Source: an uncultured Candidatus Marinamargulisbacteria bacterium (lineage in GTDB: Bacteria; Margulisbacteria; Marinamargulisbacteria; SXXA01; JAHFDB01). Taken from it: 64,000 bases of DNA. The notes beneath the pieces are model-generated. The model worked only from the letters and a program-made list of their open reading frames with translations, had not been told where the DNA came from and ran no database searches. The translations under genes and the position numbers were made by a program. Shown here in pieces: positions 9,083-19,300 of this stretch. The stretch is taken from positions 7,431-71,430 of the forward strand of contig CAZFCP010000012.1 of assembly GCA_964517775.1 (NCBI GenBank), in the 5' to 3' direction. How positions within the stretch are numbered: position 1 is the first letter of the stretch; the number at the start of each line of letters is the position of its first letter.

Positions 9083-9637
9083 ATGAGTATGAATTGGAGT
9101 CTGTTTTACAGGTTTTTAATTGCTCCTTTTAAAACCATAGAAGAGGATGTCCATTCAAATCCAAAATTTGAAGGATTTTTGGTTCTTTTGTTGCTTGGTT
9201 TATTTCAGGCGGCCCAGCTTGGTAAATCCTTTTTTTTTATTATAGGGATTCTATACACTTTAATTTTGATGTTTTCTATTTTCCTGCTGAGTCTGGTTCT
9301 GGATTTTACAGCTCAGTGTTTTAAGTTCAAAGGGCAAAGCTTACATCTTTATCACTGGTTGGCTTTATCGTGCATGCCGCTTCTTGCCAACATCCCTTTA
9401 TTTTTATTGCAGGAAACATCTTTAAAATTTATGGTGATAACTGGTTTAGTCGGTGTCATTTTATCCTGTATGACAATGATACTTCAGTTAAATGTGGTGA
9501 AGCATCTGTATAAAACATCCTTAAAAAAAGCAATCGTTATTTATTTTATGCCTATGCTTGTTGTAATTGGAGCTGTGGGGCTTCTGGTTATTTTAGGTTC
9601 TGTTTTTGCCTTTCTTCTGTTTAGGGGAATGTGGTGA
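9083..9637 (+). CDS. Polytopic membrane protein, Yip1-domain-like, function unknown
   Basis: 184 aa with 4-5 hydrophobic helices. It is translationally coupled to sppA (TAAAATG). Confidence 0.4.
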   Translation: MSMNWSLFYRFLIAPFKTIEEDVHSNPKFEGFLVLLLLGLFQAAQLGKSFFFIIGILYTLILMFSIFLLSLVLDFTAQCFKFKGQSLHLYHWLALSCMPLLANIPLFLLQETSLKFMVITGLVGVILSCMTMILQLNVVKHLYKTSLKKAIVIYFMPMLVVIGAVGLLVILGSVFAFLLFRGMW

Positions 9638-10125
9638 GAATTGGAAACGGGTACGATGTTCACCAGCTGGTTGAAGGTCGGGACTTGATTTTAGGCGGTG
9701 TAAAAATTGATCATCCAAAAGGATTATTGGGACATAGCGATGCTGATGTGCTGACACATGCCATTATGGATGCTTTGTTGGGCGCTTTGGCTTTGGGAAA
9801 TATCGGTGACCATTTTCCAGATACGGATCCTGCTTATAAAAATGCTAATAGTCTGATGTTGCTAAAACATGTTTGGGCATTGATTCAGACCAAAGGCTGG
9901 GAGCTGTGTAATATCGATTCTGTTATTGCGGCACAAAAACCAAAGTTAAAGCCTTTTATTCCGCAAATGAGGGAAACGTTAGCGTCTGTACTGGGAGTGG
10001 ATGTATCGGCTATTTCTGTGAAAGCTACAACAACGGAACATCTTGGATTTGAGGGCCGGGAAGAGGGTATTTCGTCTCATGCTGTTGTTTTGTTGAAGCC
10101 GATGACTCATGGCACTGCAGCTTAG
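9631..10125 (+). CDS. ispF: 2-C-methyl-D-erythritol 2,4-cyclodiphosphate synthase
   Basis: 164 aa. [22 protein letters not shown]...[19 protein letters not shown] is the IspF signature. The start is GTG. Confidence 0.9.
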   Translation: MVRIGNGYDVHQLVEGRDLILGGVKIDHPKGLLGHSDADVLTHAIMDALLGALALGNIGDHFPDTDPAYKNANSLMLLKHVWALIQTKGWELCNIDSVIAAQKPKLKPFIPQMRETLASVLGVDVSAISVKATTTEHLGFEGREEGISSHAVVLLKPMTHGTAA

Positions 10126-10864
10126 CGAATCGAAGCGAAAATATGTTCAAAAACTGACTCGGGATCAGGGTTTTCGGAAAGAAGAAAACCTGTATGTTCT
10201 GGAGCATGAAAAAGCGATTAAAGAGCTGATTCAGGAAAATCCAGGCTCAATTCATTGCCTGGTACAATCGGATACTTATTCTGATGCTTTTCCCGAAACA
10301 ATCGAACGCTATTCCGTGGCTGAAACACTTTTTAATCAGCTGTCTACGGTTAAAACGCCCCGAGGTGTGATGGCCATTGTAAAACGCCCACGGTTTGAGG
10401 ATTCTGTGTTGAAAAAAGCTCGGTGTATTGTTGCTTTGGATCGTGTTCAGAATCCGCAAAATGTGGGTGCGATTATGAGAAATGCTCTGGCTTTTGGTGT
10501 TGATGCCGTTGTGCTTCTTGAGGGTACTGCCGATCCTTTACATCCTGATGCGTTAAGATCCATGGCCAGTCATGGGCGTAATTTGCCGTTTTTTATACTG
10601 TCTGTAGACAACTGTTTAGCTACGCTTAAAGATTTCACCTGGGTAGGCTTAACCCCTCATGGAAAGAAAAAGCTGGGTGATTTTTCAGCGCAACAGAATT
10701 ACGTATTTGTTTTTGGTTCTGAGGGGGCTGGTTTATCCCAATCCATAAGCTGTTTTGAAGGTCTTGAAGAACTCTATATCCCTATGTCTGATCAGGCAGA
10801 ATCTTTAAATGTTGCCGTCAGTTCAGGTATTGTACTTTTTTCCTTTTTTAAGGCTATAATGTAG
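10109..10864 (+). CDS. TrmH/SpoU-family RNA 2'-O-methyltransferase (RlmB-like)
   Basis: 251 aa with the SPOUT motifs [10 protein letters not shown] and [14 protein letters not shown]. It overlaps the end of ispF. Confidence 0.75.
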   Translation: MALQLSESKRKYVQKLTRDQGFRKEENLYVLEHEKAIKELIQENPGSIHCLVQSDTYSDAFPETIERYSVAETLFNQLSTVKTPRGVMAIVKRPRFEDSVLKKARCIVALDRVQNPQNVGAIMRNALAFGVDAVVLLEGTADPLHPDALRSMASHGRNLPFFILSVDNCLATLKDFTWVGLTPHGKKKLGDFSAQQNYVFVFGSEGAGLSQSISCFEGLEELYIPMSDQAESLNVAVSSGIVLFSFFKAIM

Positions 10865-10869
10865 CTATT

Positions 10870-11457
10870 ATGGGTATCCCAGTCAGCGGCGGAAAGCCAC
10901 CTATTCAAAATATTCAACCGGATTTTCAGCAAAATCTGCCAGAGCCGCCGGATCTTAAAAATTCTATGCAGGATTTATTGGAAACCGCAAAAATGGAAGC
11001 CATGACGGTTGATAAAGAAGTGATGCATATGTCTAAAGAAGATTTAGGCGTTAAGAAAAAAGTAGATCAGGGTATGGAGCAGGTAAAAGAAGGCAAGCAG
11101 GGCGCTGATAATATTGCTATTATTGAAGCTTTGGCTGCTTTGCTGCAAACCGATGAAGTGGATAAAAAACGGAAAAAGAAAAAAACAAAATTTGAAGAAA
11201 AACTGGAAGAGCTTGAAGGCCTTGAAGGTTTGATTGATAAAAATCAGCTTCCTGATGAAGATCGTCAGGAACTTGAAAAATTGTTTGATAATCTGGCTCG
11301 TATTAAACAATCCAAAGCAAAATTAAAACAACTTGAAGATCAGGAAGAACAATACGAAAACCGATTTGAGGCTGTTCAAAAAACTCAAAAAGGTATGTCT
11401 GGTATTGGAATGGAAGAGCCTAAACTACAACAGATGCCTCCAGGATTTGGTGGCTAA
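10870..11457 (+). CDS. Hypothetical highly charged coiled-coil protein
   Basis: 195 aa, Lys/Glu-rich (KKRKKKKTKFEEKLEELEGLEGL). No recognisable catalytic motif. Confidence 0.4.
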   Translation: MGIPVSGGKPPIQNIQPDFQQNLPEPPDLKNSMQDLLETAKMEAMTVDKEVMHMSKEDLGVKKKVDQGMEQVKEGKQGADNIAIIEALAALLQTDEVDKKRKKKKTKFEEKLEELEGLEGLIDKNQLPDEDRQELEKLFDNLARIKQSKAKLKQLEDQEEQYENRFEAVQKTQKGMSGIGMEEPKLQQMPPGFGG

Positions 11458-11786
11458 TGGCTGAAAATCAGGGAAGAAGAAAACGTAAATACACCAAGCA
11501 GGAAGCCCAAAAGGCTATGCCGGCTGTTAAGGAATTTAACAAACTGGCGGCTGTATTTTTAAAATTATTGAATCAAAAAGTAGAGCAAAAACAAAAGCGG
11601 CTTTCTACGATATCTGTTTTGGTAAATGAAATTTCAGTAAAACGTGATCAGCGCTCCATGATTAATATTCAAACCGTGGATATGAAACAGACCATTGTTA
11701 AAAAAGCCGGGCTTGGGGCTTTTAATCAAACCATGAACTGGGAAGATGATTACAGAAAAAACCGCCGTAAAGGTGTTATTCTGTAA
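11457..11786 (+). CDS. Hypothetical basic protein, translationally coupled to the upstream gene (TAATG)
   Basis: 109 aa, Lys/Arg-rich. Confidence 0.4.
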   Translation: MAENQGRRKRKYTKQEAQKAMPAVKEFNKLAAVFLKLLNQKVEQKQKRLSTISVLVNEISVKRDQRSMINIQTVDMKQTIVKKAGLGAFNQTMNWEDDYRKNRRKGVIL

Positions 11787-11801
11787 CCATCTTAGTGTGA
11801 T

Positions 11802-14633
11802 TTAGGCGGTTTCGTATTCGGAAATTGGGGTGCAGGTACACACCAGATTTCTATCGCCGTAGGCATTATCTATGCGTTTTACGGATGGCCAGAATTTTTG
11901 GGTTGTGAGGTAAGGTAACGGATACACTGCTTGTTCGCGTGAATAGCTGTGTGGCCACTCTGCCTTAGCAATTTCCATGGCTGTATGTGGGGCATGTTTA
12001 AGGACGTTATCCTCGCGGTTGGCTTTTCCGGATAACACGTCATCGATTTCGGATTTAATGGCAATCATGGCGTCGCAGAATCTATCCAGTTCGGCTTTGT
12101 CTTCGCTTTCTGTAGGCTCGATCATTAAGGTTCCTGGAACTGGAAAGGACATGGTTGGCGAATGGAATCCGTAATCCATCAAGCGTTTTGCGATATCCTC
12201 TACCTCAATTTTTCCTTCTTTTTTGAAGCGTCTGAAATCCAGAATCAATTCATGGGCAACCCGTCCGTTTTTGCCTTGAAACAGAACATCAAAATAGGAT
12301 TCGAGTTTGGTTTTTAAGTAGTTGGCATTTAAAAGCGCTATTTTTGTAGAGTGAGTAACGCCTTCTCCACCTAGAAGACGGATATACGCATAGGAAATAA
12401 GCAGGATACTGGCGCTTCCCCAAGCTGCTGAAGAGACTGAAAATCCATTTTTTCCAGGTAAAAAGTCTGATAAATGTTTGGCCACACAGATAGGGCCCAT
12501 TCCCGGACCGCCGCCGCCGTGAGGAATAGCGAAGGTTTTATGTAGATTTAAGTGGCAGACATCGGCTCCGATTTTGGCGGGGCTTGTTAAGCCAACTTGA
12601 GCGTTCATGTTTGCGCCATCCATGTAGACCTGTCCGCCATGACTGTGAATAAGTGCGCAAACGTCCTGGATGGATTCTTCAAATACGCCGTGTGTGGAAG
12701 GGTAGGTAACCATAAGGCCGGCTAATGTATCTGAAAATGCTTCAACTTTTTGTTTGAGATCCTCTAAATCAATATTTCCGTTTGTATCGCATTTGATAAC
12801 GGTGATGTCGAATCCTGACAGTGCAGCTGTTGCAGGGTTTGTACCGTGTGCGGATGACGGGATAAGCATCATGGTACGTTTGGTTTCGCCTTTGCTTTCA
12901 AAATAACGTTTAATCGCTAAAAGTCCTGCGTATTCTCCTTGTGCGCCGGAGTTTGGCTGCAAAGAACAAGCGAAAAAGCCTGTAATTGTACATAAATAGG
13001 CTTCAAGCTCGTGAATAATGCTGTAGTACCCTTTGACCTGATTCTGTGGCGCAAAGGGATGGATGGTTGAAAATTCGGGCCAGGACAGTGGCATCATCTG
13101 GGTTGTTGCATTTAATTTCATGGTGCAGGATCCCAGTGGAATCATCGAGCTTGTAAGGGATAAATCTTTGTTTTCCAGTTGTTTGATGTAGCGTAGCAGC
13201 TGGGATTCGGAACGATGGGTATTAAACACCGGCTGGGTACAAAACGAAGATGTTCTTTTATACGTAGATGGCATAGCGGGTTTAAGCTGCAGTTGCGTAG
13301 AAGGTTTGCCTGTTGCTTCACAGAAAACGCTGAAAATATCCTGAATATCTTTTTCTGTTGTGGTTTCATCAAGAGCAATAATAATAAGATCATCCAGGTA
13401 GCCAAAGTTAATTTGTTTGGATTCGCTGATTTGTTTTAACAGGATTTGTTGGTCAGGGGTTACGTCGATGGCAATGGTGTCGAAACAGATCTGTGATTTT
13501 ATTGAAAATCCAAGGGCCTCAATGGCTTCCATTACAGTTTGTGTAAGTCTGTAAACCTGAAGGGCAATAGATTTTAAACCGTCAGGTCCGTGATACACGG
13601 CGTACATGCCGGCCATAATCGCCAGAAGAGCTTGTGCGGTACAGATGTTTGACGTGGCTTTTTCTCTGCGGATATGTTGCTCGCGGGTTTGCAGGGCCAT
13701 TCTGTAAGCTGGTTTTCCGGCCTGATCTACCGAAAGTCCGATAATACGGCCTGGCATAGAGCGTTTAAATTGATCTTTTACGGCCATAAAGGCGGCATGA
13801 GGACCTCCAAAGCCAAGTGGAACCCCAAAACGCTGGCTGGATCCGATACAAATATCTGCACCCCAGGCTCCTGGTTCTTCAAATAAGGTTAGGGCCAGTA
13901 AATCAGTCGCAACGGCAAGAAAAATAGATTTTTCATGTAAGGATGACGCTAATTCATGGTAGTGATTGATGTTACCTTCACAATCTGGATACTGGATTAA
14001 AGCGCCGAAAATGCTGTCGTTAAAATTCGTTGTTTTCCAGTCCCCGATTTCAAGTTGAATGCCGATGGCGTAGGCTCTGGTTTTTAATACATCGATGGTT
14101 TGGGCGAAGCAGGTGTTGGAGACAAAAAAGGTGTGAGCATTGTCTTTGGACTCTGGTCTGTTTCTGTAAAGCAGGGTCATGGCTTCTGCTGCCGCTGTGC
14201 CTTCATCTAAAAGAGAGGCATTAGCGATAGGTAATCCTGTTAAGTCGCAAATAACGGTTTGGAAGTTTAACAAGGCTTCCAGACGACCTTGTGAAATCTC
14301 GGCTTGATACGGTGTATATTGGGTGTACCAGCCTGGATTCTCAAAAATATTTCTTAAAATAACAGGCGGTGTAAACGTATTGTAATAGCCTTGTCCGATA
14401 TACGACCGAAACACGTTGTTTTGCCCCGCCATTGTTTTCATATGAGCCAGCATCGCCTGTTCGTTTAAAGGCTCAGGCAGGTTTAGGGATTGAGTTAACC
14501 GGATTGAGCTGGGAACGGTGCTTTCAACAAGAGCCTCTAAAGACTCGGCTTTGATGGTTTTAAGCATGATGTCCTGATCGTGGGTGGATGGCCCGATGTG
14601 TCTGGGTAAAAAATCAGAGGGATGTTTTGTCAT
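11802..14633 (-). CDS. gcvP: Glycine dehydrogenase (decarboxylating), single-chain P-protein
   Basis: 943 aa. The N-terminus FLPRHIGP, the PLP-lysine region and overall collinearity match GcvP. Confidence 0.9.
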   Translation of the reverse strand: MTKHPSDFLPRHIGPSTHDQDIMLKTIKAESLEALVESTVPSSIRLTQSLNLPEPLNEQAMLAHMKTMAGQNNVFRSYIGQGYYNTFTPPVILRNIFENPGWYTQYTPYQAEISQGRLEALLNFQTVICDLTGLPIANASLLDEGTAAAEAMTLLYRNRPESKDNAHTFFVSNTCFAQTIDVLKTRAYAIGIQLEIGDWKTTNFNDSIFGALIQYPDCEGNINHYHELASSLHEKSIFLAVATDLLALTLFEEPGAWGADICIGSSQRFGVPLGFGGPHAAFMAVKDQFKRSMPGRIIGLSVDQAGKPAYRMALQTREQHIRREKATSNICTAQALLAIMAGMYAVYHGPDGLKSIALQVYRLTQTVMEAIEALGFSIKSQICFDTIAIDVTPDQQILLKQISESKQINFGYLDDLIIIALDETTTEKDIQDIFSVFCEATGKPSTQLQLKPAMPSTYKRTSSFCTQPVFNTHRSESQLLRYIKQLENKDLSLTSSMIPLGSCTMKLNATTQMMPLSWPEFSTIHPFAPQNQVKGYYSIIHELEAYLCTITGFFACSLQPNSGAQGEYAGLLAIKRYFESKGETKRTMMLIPSSAHGTNPATAALSGFDITVIKCDTNGNIDLEDLKQKVEAFSDTLAGLMVTYPSTHGVFEESIQDVCALIHSHGGQVYMDGANMNAQVGLTSPAKIGADVCHLNLHKTFAIPHGGGGPGMGPICVAKHLSDFLPGKNGFSVSSAAWGSASILLISYAYIRLLGGEGVTHSTKIALLNANYLKTKLESYFDVLFQGKNGRVAHELILDFRRFKKEGKIEVEDIAKRLMDYGFHSPTMSFPVPGTLMIEPTESEDKAELDRFCDAMIAIKSEIDDVLSGKANREDNVLKHAPHTAMEIAKAEWPHSYSREQAVYPLPYLTTQKFWPSVKRIDNAYGDRNLVCTCTPISEYETA

Positions 14634-15657
14634 GTGAAAAACCTTTCGATGAAATTAAATGATGTAGAGCTGAAATCCACGCAGGATGCGTATTCAGGCA
14701 CGGAATCAATGTAAACTGAGTACCTCCAGCCTGGAGAAAATCGTGTTTGGCTCTTTCCCCAAGTTCTTCCAGGGTTTCTAGGCAGTCGCTGACAAATGCC
14801 GGGGAAATCATAACAAGATGTTTGATGCCTTTTTGAGCGAGATTTACAATTACTTCGTCTGTATACGGTGTAATCCAGGGATCTCTTCCAAGACGGGACT
14901 GAAACGATTGCGAGAAGGTGTCTTTTTTTAGATCTAAGGCTTCAGCAATCAGGCGGGTTGTTTCATGTGTTTGATGTTTATAACAGGTTTTTTGTGCGTC
15001 AGGATTGAACGTTGAACAGCAGTTTTCTGAGGCCAGACAGTGTTTTTTTGTTGGATCGGATTTTCTTAGATGTCGTTCAGGAAGCCCATGGTAGCTAAAC
15101 AGGATGTGATCAACATCTGCAGTAAGATAAGGAAAAATGCTTTCTGCAAGCGCATGAATATACTCGGGATGGTTATAAAAAGAGTCTATTGTTTCAAGTG
15201 TCGTAGTTGGCCCGTAATAGGCTGCCCATTTTTTTACTTCTACCAGTACGGTTTCGGTACTCGACATGGCGTAATGCGGGTAAAGTGGAATCACAAGCAG
15301 CGACTGCAATCCTGGATGATCTTTAAAAATCTGTTGAACCGTATGTTTAATCGATGGGTTGCCATAACGCATGGCCAGATATAACGGCGTTTCCAGATCT
15401 TTTTTCAAACAGTCCAAAACCTCATAACTTGTTGTAATCAGCGGAGAGCCTTTATCTGTCCAAATAGAGGCATAGGCTTTGGCTGTTTCAGGGGGACGTT
15501 TGCGTAAAATACCGCCGTAAACAATGCCAGCCCGAACAGGCCATGGAATATCCAGAACCCGTTTATCCATAAGAAATTCAGCCAGATATTTTTTTACATC
15601 AGGAACAGATGGCGAATCAGGTGAGCCCAGATTAACTAACAGAACCGCCTTAGACAC
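14614..15657 (-). CDS. hemH: Ferrochelatase (HemH/CpfC)
   Basis: 347 aa. MSKAVLLVNLGSPDSPSVPDVKKYLAEFLMDKRV is the ferrochelatase N-terminus, and a C-terminal His/Glu region follows. Confidence 0.85.
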   Translation of the reverse strand: MSKAVLLVNLGSPDSPSVPDVKKYLAEFLMDKRVLDIPWPVRAGIVYGGILRKRPPETAKAYASIWTDKGSPLITTSYEVLDCLKKDLETPLYLAMRYGNPSIKHTVQQIFKDHPGLQSLLVIPLYPHYAMSSTETVLVEVKKWAAYYGPTTTLETIDSFYNHPEYIHALAESIFPYLTADVDHILFSYHGLPERHLRKSDPTKKHCLASENCCSTFNPDAQKTCYKHQTHETTRLIAEALDLKKDTFSQSFQSRLGRDPWITPYTDEVIVNLAQKGIKHLVMISPAFVSDCLETLEELGERAKHDFLQAGGTQFTLIPCLNTHPAWISALHHLISSKGFSHDKTSL

Positions 15658-16183
15658 GAGGACCTCTTCGTTTGAAAAACCGTTTCTGAGGGCCTAAAAG
15701 CATATCGTCTTCAATAGGGATGTGATGGTCAACGGCACGAATCAAATCTTCATTACTGCTGCCTAAAAATGAGATGGCTTCCACAAGAACACCGCGGCTT
15801 TTGAGGTGGTATACAAGATCTGTAAAGTCTCCGTCTCCGGAAACAAGCACCACGATATCCAGTTTGTCGGCAAGTGAAATAGCATCGATGGCGATTCCCA
15901 TATCCCAATCACCCTTAGACGACCCATCCGAACGGGTGCGCAGAGCTTTACTCTTAATTTCATACCCGTTATTGACCAACATATCCGTAAAACTGCTTTG
16001 ATCAATTTCGGGATTTTCAATAACGTAACAAATCGCACGGATCAGCTGTCGTCCGCGCACGGCTTTTTCCATCAGTTTTGCAAAGTTTAATTTTCCGCCG
16101 TTAATATGTTTGGCCGAGTAAAACATATTCTGAATGTCTACAAAAACCCCCACACGTTGAAATCGGCTGAATTGAGTTAGCAT
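15650..16183 (-). CDS. NYN/LabA-like domain protein
   Basis: 177 aa. The pattern GVFVDIQNMFYS...DWDMGIAIDAI...VLVSGDGDFTDLV is the LabA/NYN (PIN-like) pattern. Confidence 0.7.
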   Translation of the reverse strand: MLTQFSRFQRVGVFVDIQNMFYSAKHINGGKLNFAKLMEKAVRGRQLIRAICYVIENPEIDQSSFTDMLVNNGYEIKSKALRTRSDGSSKGDWDMGIAIDAISLADKLDIVVLVSGDGDFTDLVYHLKSRGVLVEAISFLGSSNEDLIRAVDHHIPIEDDMLLGPQKRFFKRRGPRV

Positions 16184-16309
16184 AATATGGCCTTTTTAGT
16201 TCCATTTTGTACTGTTTCCGTTTAATTACGGCCCTCTATTATGCACTTTTTTTGTGAAATTTTCGATAGGGGGAGGTGTAAATTTTTTTTGCCATAATCT
16301 TGCCAGACA

Positions 16310-17654
<1,345 letters not shown>

Positions 17655-17693
17655 CGGACTGTTTAACCTGTAACAGTGTTGCAAAAAGACGGC

Positions 17694-18002
17694 ATGGAAA
17701 AAAAGCTCCTGAGGAAAAAGCAGCTTGGTCAAAGCCTTGTTCTGGGAGCCACCGGTCTACTGTTGCTTTATATCTGTTACATTGGACTTAAAAATATTTT
17801 TCGATATAATGCTTTTATGCTCGAATACCGCCATTTAAACACTCAGGTTGAGGAAGAAACACAACGAAATCTCATGCTGAAACGGCAGCTTTCAAAAATG
17901 AATGACGCTGATTATTGGGAGGTTCAGGCTAAGCAGAAACTGGGTCTAATCTGTGAAGGCGAAGTTGTGTACAGGCTGTATACAACCATCCCCAAAAAAT
18001 AA
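17694..18002 (+). CDS. Septum formation initiator FtsB/DivIC-like protein
   Basis: A single TM segment followed by a coiled coil, in the conserved position downstream of eno. The ATG at 17694 is preferred over the GTG at 17676. Confidence 0.55.
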   Translation: MEKKLLRKKQLGQSLVLGATGLLLLYICYIGLKNIFRYNAFMLEYRHLNTQVEEETQRNLMLKRQLSKMNDADYWEVQAKQKLGLICEGEVVYRLYTTIPKK

Positions 18003-18421
18003 TGAGTATTACACCAGGATTAATTTGTGACGGTGAAATTTCTCAGGTCACGCACTTTGGTGCTTTTGTAAAAATGTCTGATGGGCAGGAAGGTCTTGTT
18101 CATATTTCTGAGATTTCCAGCGAGTACATTTCCGATATCCATAAAGCAATAAAAGTAGGAGATAAAGTTTCTGTTAAGGTATTGGGTTTAAATCCAAAAG
18201 GAAAATGGGATCTGTCTATCAAAAAGGCTGTGCTTGTGTCTCAGCAAGAGCAGGTTTCCAGCGAGATTAATCCCGACTCTTTTGCTGTTACAAAAACAAA
18301 AAATTTTTCATTTGAAGATAAATTGACCTCATTTTTTAAACAGTCCGAAGATAAACTTGTGGACTGGAGACGCCGATTAAAGGCGAAAAATGGTCTGGTT
18401 AAAAAAAGAAAACCCTCTTAA
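18002..18421 (+). CDS. S1 RNA-binding domain protein (YabR-like)
   Basis: 139 aa. The S1 OB-fold sequence is GEISQVTHFGAFVKMSDGQEGLVHISEIS...GDKVSVKVLGLNPKGKWDLSIKKA. It is coupled to the FtsB-like gene (TAATG). Confidence 0.7.
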   Translation: MSITPGLICDGEISQVTHFGAFVKMSDGQEGLVHISEISSEYISDIHKAIKVGDKVSVKVLGLNPKGKWDLSIKKAVLVSQQEQVSSEINPDSFAVTKTKNFSFEDKLTSFFKQSEDKLVDWRRRLKAKNGLVKKRKPS

Positions 18422-19261
18422 ATGAGGTCGTTTTTTTGTAGCCTGTTTCTAATTTTTTTGTTGTGCTATTCAATTATATCAGCACCGACAGTATCGTTGG
18501 GGCCTACAAAACTACGTTTACCGAGGCTAATCTGTAGATCGTATTTGTATTCGGTTGGATTTTTGGATGCTCCGGTTCTGTATGATAATTGTTTGTACGG
18601 TATTTTGGAAACGGGCTCTTTTGCCAAACGCAGTATCTATGGTCAAACGGAATGGGAGTTTGGCAAAAATGTGAAGCAGTTTTTTATCCAGTTCAATACG
18701 ATTGTGCTATTAGATAAAAGCGGCCGTTTGATGAGTATTGATGCCGGTACCGGATATAAATTGTGGGAATCTGATCAGCAGGATATCCAAACCATCTGGC
18801 TGGCTTTCCCCGGAATTCTGGGCTTGTCTAAAACCGGTCAGGCGGTTTATCTGGATTTTTTTCATGGGTTTCTGATTTGGAAATCTCAGGAAACCTTTAG
18901 CAGTCTTTCGTATGATGAGGGTAAAATTCGTGGCACTTTCTTTAATCGACTTTATACCTTGAATGTTGAAACCGGCGCATCAGTTCCTGATCCAGACGGG
19001 CTTATAGATCCCCAAATTCCAACAGACAGCCGGCAGGTTTTGGCTGCTGATAAACTGCGTTTGGAAAAAGAGTCTATAGTTTTAAATATTGAAGGATCAA
19101 CACTGGAACTGATAGATAAACAGGACGGCACATCTCTTGGAAAATGGGAAATTCCATCCTCGTATGTATCCATTGCCATACAAACTTTGAATTTTACAAG
19201 AGAAGATCGTAGAATATGGTTGGTCCATCCTAAAGGTGTCTTAGAGGTAGAACTTCCATAG
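18422..19261 (+). CDS. Secreted PQQ-like beta-propeller repeat protein (BamB/YxaL-like)
   Basis: A signal peptide, then repeated blade motifs (SIDAGTGYKLWES, LIDKQDGTSLGKWEI and others). Confidence 0.45.
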   Translation: MRSFFCSLFLIFLLCYSIISAPTVSLGPTKLRLPRLICRSYLYSVGFLDAPVLYDNCLYGILETGSFAKRSIYGQTEWEFGKNVKQFFIQFNTIVLLDKSGRLMSIDAGTGYKLWESDQQDIQTIWLAFPGILGLSKTGQAVYLDFFHGFLIWKSQETFSSLSYDEGKIRGTFFNRLYTLNVETGASVPDPDGLIDPQIPTDSRQVLAADKLRLEKESIVLNIEGSTLELIDKQDGTSLGKWEIPSSYVSIAIQTLNFTREDRRIWLVHPKGVLEVELP

Positions 19262-19300
19262 CTTCAGTCATATTATTGCCGCCACGTCACGAGGGATTTA

